Shown one piece after another: positions 1-13,470 of a stretch of DNA of 64,000 nucleotides. Location: contig CM082584.2 in the NCBI GenBank assembly GCA_040954595.2, positions 2,821,344 through 2,885,343 on the forward strand, written 5' to 3'. This DNA is from Balanoglossus misakiensis (Eukaryota; Animalia; Hemichordata). The notes beneath the pieces are model-generated. The model saw nothing but the letters and a program-made list of their open reading frames with translations. It had not been told where the DNA came from and ran no database searches. Each line of letters opens with the position of its first letter. The stretch's first letter is position 1. A program made the translations under genes and the position numbers.

Positions 1-544
1 CAGCTGGCGTGTAATTTATGATGAGGCTTATCACACCAACAGTATTCGATCCGAGATTAATAGTAAGGTATTTATCGAAGGAGTGGAAAGTCTAAAATGT
101 TGTCCAACATATGCATGCAGGATAGAGGTGCATAAAATGGACAATTGGAATAAGTAGACAAGGACAGTCTTAAATCACACACACAATGCATTGCAGGTTG
201 TGATTTTTGTTCATCATGATACATATCAACACATGTACAGCACATTTTAAGCCTTTTTTACTTTGTATTTGAAGGTTTAAACCAAAATATGTGAGCAGTC
301 CTTTCTTTTCAATACATAAAAACGTTCTTTTTTATACTCCTCCCATTTGGAAGAGCGTAGGGTTATTGTTAGTCAGTTTATACATGGGACTTCTTATATT
401 TTATTGTATTGTACGTTTTCACTATATAATATCAATCCTAGCAATATTTTCTGTATAAGTATTTAAAGTATATACAGTATAAGTGATAGTGTAACAGATT
501 GAGGAAAGACAATTATTTTTTAAGTCCCAAATTCTTCTTCTTAC

Positions 545-1399
545 CTGTATCATTTTCAGGAAGCAAAATCTGACCAGATCTTTATCAAGATAATCACCAC
601 TGAAGACTCCATCATCCTTTAGTTTGTAGAAAAGATCCAACCAAAACTGTCCACAGTGTTGGCGAAATGTACCCCACCATCGTTCTATGCGTTGGTTGAG
701 TTGACTGCTGCCATAATAAAAGCAGTTGTCATCATTTGTTAGAAACTTCTGGAACTGTTCAACATGTCCATTTTCTGTGCCTCTATCCGCTCGCATGTTT
801 TGGGGGCAAGATTTCAGACTTTCAACTTCTTTGATGAAGTACCCTGCTATAATCTTCGGATCACTGTTGGTGTGATAAGCTTGAGCCCAAATTACACGCC
901 TGGAAAACCCGTCTATACACCCATTGATTGCTATTCCGTAAGGGGAAAGTTTGTCATACGAATCTAGGTGCCACATATAGTTCGGCCCAGGAGACCCATA
1001 CTGGCGACGGCGTAGACGACGTCTCTTTCTTAATTCCACACCTATGGGGTCAATGATCTGGAGTAACAACCGCACACTCTCCCTGTCGATAACCAATCCT
1101 CTCTGGACACACTTTAAATGCATCCACCGATAGCCGTGGAGTCTTCCAGATTTGTCAACCTCTTCTCTCAGAAATGTTATTACCTCATTGATGTCTGAAT
1201 GGTACTTCCGTCTGAAAAGTCCGAGTTTCTTCAGTAATCTTTTAAGATGACGCATACTAATGACAACGTTATGATTGACAGCTAAAGTAGCCAGGATTTC
1301 ACTGTAGTTGAAGCCCATGTTGAAATAGATACGGATTATATCATCTCTTTCCATGGTGACGTTATCTGTTCGATAGAGGAGGAATGTTAATTGTCGCAT
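545..1399 (-). CDS. Exon 1 of an integrase-core (rve-like) DDE transposase, IS3EU/IS481-like; 3' exons lie left of or near the window edge
   Basis: N-terminal HTH/Clr5-like region (YFNMGFNYSEILATL), then GPNYMWHLDSYDKL...GCIDGFSR, RADRGTEN and NQRIERWW, giving a D-D-E triad. A CAG|GTAAG donor at 544 ends the exon; the ORF track reads on into the intron. Confidence 0.85.
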
Positions 1400-1793
1400 T
1401 AGATAAAAGGAATTATCGTATAATGATAATGAATAATGTATAATATTGAAACCAATTGTTTAGTAACTTTACCACTGAGTCAGTTTTCTTGCCAACTTGG
1501 AAAGTAATCTCAGGCCAAGACTTCGGTAATTTGTCCCAGTACGTATAACTAGTAATTATAAATATTACGAAGTTGAAATGTCAACTAATTACCAAGACTC
1601 ATGCACTCAGTCTGATGATACGATGCAGCATGCAGCTCTGAAACCGACGATCACTCCTACCATTGAATACACTGAGTGCTTGCTTGCCAATTCTCCGTAC
1701 CGATATCGATGCATGTCCCTCTCTGGACCGATATCGATGCATGGTCCTCTCTGGACAGTCTCCCTACCAACACACCGCCCTCTTTCGAGAGAA

Positions 1794-2286
1794 TTATCTC
1801 GAGATCTCGAGATAAAAAAATAAAAAGTCGGGAAAACGAATAGCATTATCTCGAGATCTCGAGATAAAAAAATAAAAAGTCAGGAAAACGAACTTGAATT
1901 ATCTCGAGATCTCGAGATAAAAAAATAAAAAGTCGGGAAAACGAATAGCATTATCTCGAGATCTCGAGATAAAAAAATAAAAAGTCAGGAAAACGAACTT
2001 GAATTATCTCGAGATCTCGAGATAAAAAAATAAAAAGTCGGGAAAACAAATAGCATTATCTCGAGATCTCGAGATAAAAAAATAAAAAGTCAGGAAAACT
2101 AACTTGAATTATCTCGAGATCTCGAGATAAAAAAATAAAAGTCGGGAAAACGAATGGAATTATCTCGAGATCTCGAGATATAAAAATAAAAAGTCAGGAA
2201 AACGAACTTGAATTATCTCGAGATCTCGAGATAAAAAAATAAAAAGTCAGGAAAACGAATGGAATTATCTCGAGATCTCGAGATAA
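1794..2286. repeat. Tandem array of 10 units (51-53 bp), each with the 22-bp palindrome TTATCTCGAGATCTCGAGATAA
   Basis: Palindromes start at 1794, 1846, 1899, 1951, 2004, 2056, 2109, 2160, 2213 and 2265. Linkers largely alternate between ...GTCGGGAAAACGAATAGCA and ...GTCAGGAAAACGAACTTGAA. Confidence 0.95.
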
Positions 2287-3474
2287 TTTTTTATTTATTG
2301 CGTATGTACATGTCCCCAAATGGCTTTCATAGTTTTAAACCGATGAACATGAAAACAACACAGCTGCAAAATGAAGGTATTGTTCTACTGATACATTAAA
2401 CGCACAACTTAGAATATGTGCCGTTTTAGCCACATGCAGATTGCAGGCACCATGTAGCTCTGCTTGGCATAGTAAAACACGTGTCACGTGTTGATCACAT
2501 GACTTAAATGAAGGCGAACGTCCATGTTTGTATGGGAGGGTCACCAGTTTTACGGCGCTGCATTAACGACGTTTACGATTCGGCGACAAACACGTCAAGT
2601 AGGTTCCCATTTGTGAAATTTTCGTTCGATCTTTATTTCTGACAACATTATGTACATGTTCATGTAGTTAATTGTTTGAAAATCGGTGCGTATCATTTTG
2701 CTCCGCACCCAACGGATTTTCCTATGGATGGCTCCATAGCTGTGGGGACGGAGAGCAGCGTAGACCCAAACAGCGTATAAGTCCAGAGCTATGCTGGGCA
2801 GAGCTGTGTGTCTTTACGACGTCACTCCTGTATATGAGAGAGACGCTGGGCGATCTCTTTTACAGTTATTTTCAAAATATTGTTTTTAAAAAAATAATAT
2901 TTATTATCATCATCATCATCATCATGATTCCAGCTATTAATTTGCAGTACACGTTGTTGTCTTTTGCCAGAAAGGAATGTATTTCTCATATCACCTTACA
3001 AACTGCCAGAAATCCAAACAACACCTTTATGATAAAGCCTACAATGAAATGGTGGATGGTACAAATCAAAGATTATGTGACTGCATGATCCTCTCCACAT
3101 GATACTTCTCAAAGGATATTAATTTGCTTGGAGGGTGAATGTCTGTTGCTAAGCAACCAATGATGTGGGAGTGATGTAGAAATCTTTGTGATTTCTCAAA
3201 ATATAACCATTATTCTAAATTAATATTTCCGTCAATTGGTTTTCAAGCATAATATATACACAACACAACAAATTATATTGATATACCATGCCTAAAATAT
3301 GAAATGGAAAAAATGCAATCAAATGAGTGGCCAAGCAAATTTTTTCAAAATTTTCCATTTAATTAACATTTTGTAATAGTTTATATATTTTAGGCTGACT
3401 GTGGGTTGATTCTGTCTGTCTTAAACATTCAAGAAAAATTTGTTTGTAAAGTCATTTCAATGCCTGTCTATTAA

Positions 3475-3801
3475 AGCCTGTATAGCTGCCAAATTTCACA
3501 TTTTTCAACAATAAAATACTTCAAATATATTCCCTATCCTCTAAATCCTCAACTTAAGCCATATTACTTGCATTTGCATCAGTTTGTCATCTTTTGGCGA
3601 CGCAAACCACGATAGCTGCGTACTGTTTGTATGGAGGCTGATGAAATGGGTGCGGCACCGTTTTAATACAAAAGTGTTCAAATTGCAACATGCAGTCATA
3701 ATCGGGCATCGATAAGGTGTTCATGTATACCTAAGTAAGCTTATATAGATGGACTAATTTAAGTTGGAAATTAATGCTAAAAAGTGGCAGCTCTAGAGAC
3801 T
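3475..3801. mobile_element. Non-autonomous TTAA-target MITE (Kolobok-like); related copy at 59752-60071
   Basis: TTAA|AGCCTGTATAGCTGCCAAATTT at the left end and degenerate GCAGCTCTAGAGACT at the right. Internal TTGCATCAGTTTGTCATC...GACGCAAACCACGATAGCTGCGTAC is also found, diverged, near 59800. Confidence 0.55.
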
Positions 3802-4913
3802 TTCAATTCCACATTTTCCTGACAATTGTTGGATGTAAATGTATTTGAAATATGTGCTTTGATTGGATTATATGACATAGATTTATTTGAAGGGTGTGTT
3901 TGGATTAGATTATGTGACCATTGGATTTTGGATTTGTGTTCAAGAAGTGTTTGGAAATATAGAAGGGATCTGATGAAAAATGTTCAGGCAATTATTTTAC
4001 CTTGGTCTAGAGTTTTAAAAAAGGGTGCGTGATTTTCATGTTGTTTGGGTATTGATACTATGTTCACTTCCAGTTCTATATTTGCAAATTGAGATATGCT
4101 TAAATGTCCAGTATTCAGCTTATCAACTCTACCAGTATTTTCATTAATAGCAATAAAATTTATGCGTTTATTAAGTCAAATGAGGGACAGTTCTTAATGT
4201 ACACCTTGGAATGAATCAATCAACAACATAATAGATAGGTGAATATTTTTCCTCTATTTTGATGTGAACTTTGCTAAATCCTTTTTATCATTTAAACAAT
4301 GACCTTTGGCTTTTCAGAGACGCGGTCAAGATGTCTCTCCAAATCCGTTTGAGCTCGCGCTCTGATTCGATAGTATCATGCGGATGTTGCTTCATGTGAT
4401 TGGCTAACGTCCTTGTCACGTGACGTGGCATACGTGTGGAACATACGTTCGGAACAACAAACGACACTTGTACGTGTAAATTATGATTACGTATAAAATA
4501 ATTCGGATTATCTCAATTTTTGGCGATCGATCTATAAAAATGAAATTTTGAAGTAAGTAGGCAACCATGGTGATACTTCCGGTGGAACGCCATTCTCGTG
4601 TACGTTAAGGCGTGGGCCCACACAAGGGCGCCCTCTATCGACAGACTGAATACGTTAATCGAGCATAATAAACAATTGTAACCACACCAGCCAATCAGTT
4701 GATGTAATTCATGTTCAAGACAAGCAAATAAAATGAGACATTTCCGAGAAAACCTCCAAAACTATTATCATGTGACAAATAGTGGCATTTTTGGGGTCGA
4801 AAATGATATTCTTAAAAGAAGGCCAAAAATCCACCGCTAGATGCTCACAATCCCATTATTATTTTTTAGTTTCACCTTATGACCCGTCAACTTTCTCTGA
4901 TAGGACTCATACT

Positions 4914-5575
4914 ATAAGGTTATTCACAAAATACCGGGATTTATGTCCGAGTACATCGTGCAGCGCAGGTATTGTCCGAGACGCGCAGCGTCGAGGACAA
5001 TTTGAAGCGTACGATGTACGAGGACATAAATCCCGGTATTTTGTGAATAACCTTATTATTATACACCTTTTCCGGACGTCCTTGATGGACGATAAAGAAT
5101 AAATAGGCCGCTATCGGACTTTCTAGTTTTCAGACGCCGCCATGATGTAATTTGCATATCGAACGCGCCTTCACCTCGCGCATCAGGTGATGCTAGTGTC
5201 GAACTGCCTGTCTCGCGCGCGACGTTCTACGCTGCTGCTTGCGCTGAGCTCGTTCTGGAACTTGAAATGAACGCGCTCGCCTGTTCGTTCACAGATTCCT
5301 TCGACTGAAATTTCAGCGTGGATTTTGACTTATTTCGCATCTTCGGTCACCAATAATTTTGTTTAATAACGGCTGTGTACTTTTTACATAAATTTTCGTC
5401 AGAGTAGGGTTAATATCATCATTGTTTACATTGATCACCAGTCCGAGGACGCGGAGTCCCATAACCCTGTGGGTTATGGGACTTCGCGTCCTCATTTGAA
5501 TAATTATTGTACGGTGATACCGCGAATTATTGTATTACGGAACTCCATAGGTTACAGCAGTAGGTGTATAATAAT
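4914..5575. mobile_element. Double-hairpin non-autonomous element (Crypton-like architecture)
   Basis: 35-bp inverted repeat 4914-4948/5022-5056, directly followed by a second pair TATTATACACCT (5057-5068) / AGGTGTATAATA (5562-5573). Inner hairpin at 5445-5493. No TSD evident. Confidence 0.55.
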
Positions 5576-8314
5576 GTAGTGTATTTCGCTGCCATAATAT
5601 TTTGACGATGTAGATTATCGACTACCCATTGACCGGCAGCCAAAATTCCAACATTTATAGGGTTATGCTGAATCATTAACTTCGTTTTCAAACACAGTAT
5701 CGTAATCTTGAAATGGGCGAACATGTTAACCTTCGATTACGACCTGAGGTGTCAGAAAATAAAGCTGTTTAGCGGTGGATTTTTCATATTTTCCGCCTCG
5801 TAAATTATCCTTACCCTGGGACGCTCGTCCAGGGGCGCCATTACGTAATGCCTTATTTGGCGTGATGCATTGTGGGTAAAATCAGCTGATCGTATACGCG
5901 TATCCTAGCAACTGACATGGACGCTACCATTAGCGCCCGCCCGCGTTCACGATCATTTTAGTGTCGCTACAGTTCAGAAAATCGTGAACATACATAATTC
6001 CCAATCAGTTTGGGATGATTTTTAGTCACAAGTAGTAATTACTGTCACTCATTCATTTATTTAACAAGCCATGACAACATCATATGAGGGAAATAAACCT
6101 TTATTTCAACTTCAATCTGGTGAGTACATGGTTTTCATTTTACCCCATCAAAATAGTGCGTCTTGAAAGGTCAAAGTTCAACTTTTCCTTCGTTCATGTA
6201 AAATTGGCGCCATATTCAAATTGCAGCAGATGATCCCTTCAGCTGTTATTTGGAGGTATGCACTTGTTCAGTTGGCATGTCATCATGGCATTTTGTGGTT
6301 ATTTTATGGCCATAGCTGCAAGAGCAACAAAAGAGCTTTCTAATTCCGAAAAGTCTACTCAGGAAAAGGCTGAAAATACATCAAGATTTATGCCTGTTTA
6401 CAACATATCCATTGGACAAAGGTATGCCAAATATCAGGATATCATGGCTAACAGCAGAAATATGCAAGTTACCAGTTTAAATTTAAACTGCCACGATTTG
6501 AGAAAACACTAAGTGCTTCAGTTCAATGGTTGAATTCCAGGAAAAATGTCAGTATTTCTCCAGCATTTGTCTGCAACTAGTTGGCAAAAACTGCCTTTAT
6601 CAAGGCAAATCCTACACACAGCACTTGACTGTCAAGAGTGCCAAAGTAGCAATGTTGATGTTCTGCTTTTGAACAAGTACTATCAGAAACATATCAAAAG
6701 TCTTCCCTTCTCGACTGTTGAGGTAATTGAAGATGCAATGGGAGAGATGCAACAACTACAAAATCCACATGAGACAAAGCTGACTGTCCCTCTTAAATCT
6801 GCCGTAAGAACTGCCGGACAGCTATATCAGCGAGTAGAGGAGTCATACAATAAAGTGTACTCAACACCTTTCAGTGAAGCGCTTCTCAAAGTTCCGGGGT
6901 TCAAGCTACAGACAAAAATCAGCAAAGAACAGAAAGACAGACGAGCACTTTATACTAATGTCAAGCAAAGCATCGAAAAATCCCACGCTAAAAATGACGG
7001 AGATTTAAAAACAATCCTAGGATCCGGTCAGTCATTTGCTTGCTACGAATCATGTTGACGGTCTGTTGACTTTGAGTCTACCGATTCTGCCAAGAAGCGA
7101 GTAAATCGCCGTCTACAACTAGAATCCCTCAACAAGCTGACACCAAAAGACCATGTTGAAAAAACAGAGTCTGTTGAATGGGACAAAAGCTCATTTGTAA
7201 GTGAACTTTCCAATTATGATGCTGGCAAGGAGGTCAACTGGAGTAGCCTTGCGAGAAAGTACGGGCTAACAGCTGCAAATGGTGGCCAAATACTGAAAGA
7301 GTACGCAACCTCAGCTGGCATCGACACTGACAAGTTCAATATCAATAAGAAGGTTCAAGGTCGAGATTTTGTCAGAAGAGTACACCGTAAAACATTGAAA
7401 GGTCTTGGGGGGAGGTGTCACTTCCTCAACACCGACCAGCAAGAGCCCTGCAAGAAATATTGAAAACAAAAATAAGAAGTGGCGAAATCGACATCGGTGA
7501 ATTAATAGCACCAAAAAAGTTCCAAAAGATGACCATTGGAAAAGATGGCAAATTAAAAGAAGAAACTTATACAATCTACGCTAGAAAAATAAACTTACAG
7601 ACAATCCGAAAACGAGAGCTTGACAGACAAATTAAGCTTGGTGTTCTGAGAAGCCATGTTTATGGGTATGACGACGGTCATTACCAAAACCTAGAAGAAA
7701 AAGAAATAAGGGATGAGCTACAAAGAATACACGAGTTGAAAGAAGGAGAAACCATCGATGAAATGCGCAGTAAATTAAAAAGACTACATCACTCACGGCA
7801 CTTCAAAATATGGCATGACCACAGTACTGTAGGCAACCATTCCCACATTGTCTTCATGGTGAGCTGGATATACGACGCGGCAACATATCTGACAAATGAG
7901 GAGTACTTGGAGAAACACGGAAAAAAAGTAAACGTTGACTCGCTTGTTGAGAAGCCACATCTATATATAATGGGACGATCCAACTCCAATGACGTTGATC
8001 AGCTGTCATATGTTGAAACCAGAGTAGAAGATCTAAAATGTGCAACAGGACCAATAACATCCGACGAAGGTTCCAGGGAATACACAGATGTCCACCGATT
8101 TTTTCATGGCGATGGACCGGCACAGGAGTTTGAGGATTGGCACCAGAAAGGAGGTCACTACCAGTGCATCTGTGGAATAGAGTCAAGAAGACATGATGAT
8201 CTGTCTGCATGTTACCATCTGAAATATCTGTCAATAGATGAGAAACGTAACTTGTTAATCAAGGGCAGCCCAATATGGAGAGAAAAGTCACGGCAAACTC
8301 CCCATCTAGTCCAG

Positions 8315-11300
8315 GAGCTAGCTGCCGTTAATCAGAATTTTTGGTAAGGAAGGTTTGAGAAGTCCATTCTATGTAAAAAATGGTGCTGATTCCAAAAATG
8401 TCAGTCTTATTGACCTCACTCAAGACAAAATTGCCATTTTGGCCATTTTTAACCCAAAATGGTCTTTTTTAGAAAACACTAAAAACACACTGTTTTCGTT
8501 ACATTCTGAGATCTGATGACATATGATATGCTTATTCTATGTAAAATTTGGTGAATATTACGAAAAAAGTAGTCCGATTGACCCAAACAACACAAAATTG
8601 CCTTTTTGACCATTTTTTGCCCAAAAAACGTCATTTTTAGAAAAAATTTAAAACACATGGTTTTCTTCATAATGATTGATCTGGTGATATATGGAAAGTC
8701 AATTCTATGTTAAAAATGGTGACTTTAAAAAATAAAGCAGTCTTTTTGACCTCAATCAATACAAAAATGCCATTTTTGGCCACTTTTTGAGGTCAAAAAA
8801 TGTCATTTTTACAAAAAAACTAAAAACAAATTGTGTTCTTCATATTCAGAGATCATTGGATATATGAAATGTCCATTCTATGTAAAAAAAAATGGTGCTG
8901 ATTCCAGAAATAGCAGTCCTATTGACCCTACTCAAGAAAAAATGTCATTTTTGCCACTTTTTGCCCCAAAAACGTCATTTTCAGAAAACACTCAAAATTT
9001 ATATATTTTCTTCACTTTCGGAGATCTGATAATGTATTATATGCCCAGCCTATGTAAAATTTGGTGATTATTCCAAAAAAAGCAGATTTATTGACCCAAC
9101 CCAATGCAAAAATGCCCTTTTGGAAAGTTTTTGCCCAAAAAGGCCATTTTTAGAAAAAAAAATTAAAAACAAACTTTTCTTCATAAAGCTCAGAGATCAT
9201 GTGATATATGAAATGTTCATCCTATGTAAAAAATGGTGCTGATTCCAGAAATAGCAGTCTTATTGATCCTACTCAAGAAAAAATGTCATTTTTGCCACTT
9301 TTTGCACCAAAAACGTCATTTTCAGAAAACACTCAAAATTTATATATTTTCTTCACTTTCGGAGATCTGATAATGTATTATATGCCCACTATATGTGAAA
9401 AATTTCCAAAAAAAGCAGTTTTATTGATGCCACTCAAGATAAAAGTGCCTTTTTGGCAAGTTTTTGCCCCAAAAGTGTCATTTCTAGAAAACACCCAAAA
9501 ATTGTATATTTTCTTCACTTTCGGAGATGATGATGTATTATATACCCACTCTATGTGAAAAAAATTCCCAAAAAAAGTTTTACTGGCGACACTCAAGAAA
9601 ACAGTGCCCAAAAAGCCACTTTTCGAAAATCATTAAAAACAAACTGTTTTCTTATTATTTGGAGATTCTATGGTGTGTGAAAAGTACATTTATTGTAAAA
9701 TAGGTGTTGTTTCCAGAAATGCAGTCTTAATGACTTCAACCATGATGAAATCGCCTTTTTGGCTAAGTTTTGCACAAAATTGTTATTTTAAAGAATATAT
9801 TAATAGCATTCTCTTTTCTTCACTTTCGGTGATCTTATTATAAATAAAAGCCCATTCTATATTGAAACGTGGTTACTGTTCCAAAAACGGAAGTCTTACT
9901 TACCCTATTCAATTGAAATTTCGGCCACTTTTTTGGTCAAAAATGTTCATTAAAAACGAGCAAACTAAAGATTGTTTTCTTCATATTCAGAGATCTGATC
10001 ATGTATGAAAAGTCCATTCTGTGTAAAATTTGGTGACTATCCCAAAAACGGCAGTCTGGTTGGCCCCACTCTAGTCAAAATTGCCTTTTTGGCTATTTGT
10101 AGCCAAAAAAAGATCTACTCAAGAAAAATTTATCCTTTTAGCCATTTTATACCGAAAAAATGTTTGTATTTGGAGTTTTTGCAAAATTAGCCCAAGTTGA
10201 ACTCATAATGATGATGAAACAGTGTCGAGAGGAAAAGAAGTTACGAATTGAACAAAACTCGCGTCGATGAATGTAAACACGCCGCCCGGGACCAAGCTCC
10301 AAACATGATACAGATGACAAAAGACAGGCATTGCATTGCACAATGCCTAAATATTCCCATACAGCAGTTCCAAATTAAAACGTCAAGGAATTTAAGTGTT
10401 TTTATTATGTTTATTTGGTTTAAGCCCACATTTTTCCTGCTGCGTGCTAGTTCAGGGGCCAGTTTTAGCAGTGCTCTATTGAGTATTCTAGCATCGTTGG
10501 GTTGCACTCCTGTCCAATCAGTATGACGGAGGTATCATGATATAAATTATAATATAATTTCTGATTTTGTATTCAGATTGAAGAGAATAAATTTCAACAA
10601 TCTCTCCCGAGCTGGCATATCTGAACCTAAATATTTCACACCACGCATAATCGACTTATAGTAGACAGTGCGTGTACATGGATCGTCTTATTGTTGAGTT
10701 CAGTTTTGCGCTAAATGTGCCAAATTGTGGCAACTCTGTCTTTCAATATCATCAATTTAATTGATATATGGTTATGACATGCATATACAACATCAGAACT
10801 CAAAAGGCAGACACATCAATTATATTCGTTTTCTGAAAATGACTATTGTTGACCAAAAGATGGCTAAATGGCAATTTTGTACTGAGCGGGGTGTCTCAAT
10901 AAGACCGTTGTGCTGGTATCAGCATATTTTTTGCACACACAAAAAACAAAACAAAAACGAATTTACATACAACACAAGGGCTCTGAATATGAAGGAATAA
11001 GTTTGTATTTATTTTTTCTAACAGTTACCCAAAGAGGCCAAAATGGTATTTTTTCCCTCTGTGGGGTCAGTAAGAGTGGTTATTTTTAATGTCACTACTT
11101 TTATATATCATTAGATCACCAATGGGAAGAAAATGGCATATTTTCGTATTTTCTAGAAATGACACTTTTTGGGCAAAAACTTTCCAAAAAGGCACTTTTA
11201 TCTTGAGTGGCATCAATAAAACTGCTTTTTGGAAATTTTTCACATATAGTGGGCATATAATACATTATCAGATCTCCGAAAGTGAAGAAAATATATACAT

Positions 11301-12319
11301 TTTGAGTGTTTTCTGAAAATGACGTTTTTGGGGCAAAAAGTGGCAAAATGGCATTTTTTTCTTGAGTAGGATCAATAAGACTGCTATTTCTGGAATCAGC
11401 ACCATTTTTACATAGGATGAACATTTCATATATCACATGATCTCTGAGCTTTATGAAGAAAAGTTTGTTTTTATTTTTTTTCTAAAAATGGCCTTTTTGG
11501 GCAAAAACTTTCCAAAAGGGCATTTTTGCATTAGGATGGGTCAATAAATCTGCTTTTTTGGAATAATCACCAAATTTTACATAGGGTGGGCATATAATAC
11601 ATTATCAGATCTCCGAAAAAAGAAGAAAATATATAAATTTTGAGCGTTTTCTGAAAATGACGTTTTTGGGGCAAATAGTGGCAAAAATGGCATTTTTTCT
11701 TGAGTAGGATCAATAAGACTGCTTTTTCTGGAATCAGCACCATTTTTTACATAGAATGGACATTTCATATATCCAATGATCTCTGAATATGAAGAACACA
11801 ATTTGTTTTTAGTTTTTTTGTAAAAATGACCTTTTTTGACCTCAAAAAGTGGCCAAAAATGGCATTTTTGTATTGATTGAGGTCAAAAAGACTGCTTTAT
11901 TTTTTAAAGTCACCATTTTTAACATAGAATTGACTTTCCATATATCACCAGATCAATCATTATGAAGAAAACCATGTGTTTTAATTTTTTTCTAAAAATG
12001 ACGTTTTTGGGGCAAAAAATTGTCAAAAAGGCAATTTTGTGTTGTTTTGGGTCAATCGGACTACTTTTTTCGTAATATTCACCATTTTTTACATAGAATA
12101 AGCATATCATATGTCATCAGATCTCAGAATGTGACGAAAACAGTGTGTTTTTAGTGTTTTCTAAAAAAGACCATTTTTGGGTTAAAAATGGCCAAAATGG
12201 CAATTTTGTCTTGAGTGGGGTCAATAAGACTGACATTTTTGGAATCAGCACCATTTTTTACATATAATGGACTTCTCAAACCTTTCTTACCAAAAATTCT
12301 GATTAACGGCACCTAGCTC
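8315..12319. mobile_element. 4-kb foldback non-autonomous DNA transposon with ~1.2-kb TIRs built of ~125-bp subrepeats (Sola2-like termini GAG...CTC)
   Basis: GAGCTAGCTGCCGTTAATCAGAATTTTTGGTAAG at 8315 matches CTTACCAAAAATTCTGATTAACGGCACCTAGCTC ending at 12319. Arms match to ~9495/~11145. Flanks CCAG/CTAG form a near-identical 4-bp TSD. It splits the host transposase ORF. Confidence 0.85.
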
Positions 12320-13470
12320 CTAGGGTAATCCATTTGCCAACTTAACAGTGGCCGACCTTAGGAGAGAGCTTGATGCTAGGGGTGATGAAACCGAAGGATT
12401 AAAGAAGCCAGACTTACAATCTAAACTCTCTGAAATTTTACATTGTATGCAGAGAGTACCAGCACTGCTCCATCTCACTCCAGAATGTAATCTTGCTGAA
12501 ATAAACTGCTCTGCATATGAAATTTTGCCATCAGAGCCACTCCATGACCTGAAGGGACACATCCACAATGTGTTAGAAGAAATTTCAGCACAAACCAAGG
12601 ATAAATAAGAAGCAGTAAAGTTACAGAACTTTATTCAGGCAACATATGGTGGTAAAGACGAAATTCGGGGATGCGATGCACACAAAGCTATCCTTCTGGT
12701 GTCCCAGTATCTTCACGAGAACAACATAAATACTGAGCATGGTCAGCTTATTGACACGCTTGCTGAAATAAGCGAAACTGCTTATAAACATGACAATGAC
12801 AGATGCCCACGACTGATTCTGCGATTGTATAACACTGTATTTTTGCATGGAATATTGTGCAAAAGGGTATTTGAGAAGCCAAAGAAACTTACCAAACGAA
12901 ACATGTTCGGGCGGTATTTCCATAACATCACCGTCCATCTACCTGATCAACTGAGATTGGTTTCTCTGAGGTCAACAAATGCTGAAAACCAGGAGCGAGT
13001 TTTCAATCGAATACGGAGAGTGACGAAAACAACTTCCTCCAAGCGTCCAGGTGGTATCATAGGTAATGCCATGATACGTCTAGGTGCAGAAGAAGAGATG
13101 ACAAAAGAAAGAGATCCATCACAAATTATAGAATCTGAAATTAGCAAAATTGGAAAGCAGCTCCCAAAACGTCAGAATACAGTAATCCCTGAGGACGAAA
13201 TACTGCGACGACCAACACTACTGCAAAGCCACTATGAAAGGATTGCAGATTTCTTGCTGCCAGGAGAAGGTGTATTGTGGCAGAGACATGAGGAAGCAAT
13301 AGAGTTTTTAACTCTGATACCCAGGATGATTTCAAGGTATCTGCAGTGCAATTTAGTCCCAAATATTTTAACTCACACTTTTATTTCTTTTCAATAACAA
13401 TTACTGTTGATTATATGCAGACATAATACAACAGATTGCATGGTGTTTTGGGACAGGAAAAACTAATCTA

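Larger units (their letters stand above)
1..2331 (-). mobile_element. IS3EU-like DNA transposon (5' part; other end outside the window)
   Basis: Integrase gene plus subterminal palindromic array. The minus strand starts TATGAAAGCCATTTGGGGACATG at 2331, resembling the TAYGG-type termini of IS3EU elements (recalled knowledge). Confidence 0.6.

Noticed and set aside
1794-2286. CRISPR array
   Set aside because: The linkers are near-identical alternating units, not unique spacers; there are no cas genes and the context is eukaryotic.
8479-12110. Short repeated ORFs (e.g. KNGADSRNSSLIDPTQEK)
   Set aside because: Chance translations of the foldback subrepeats, seen on both strands.
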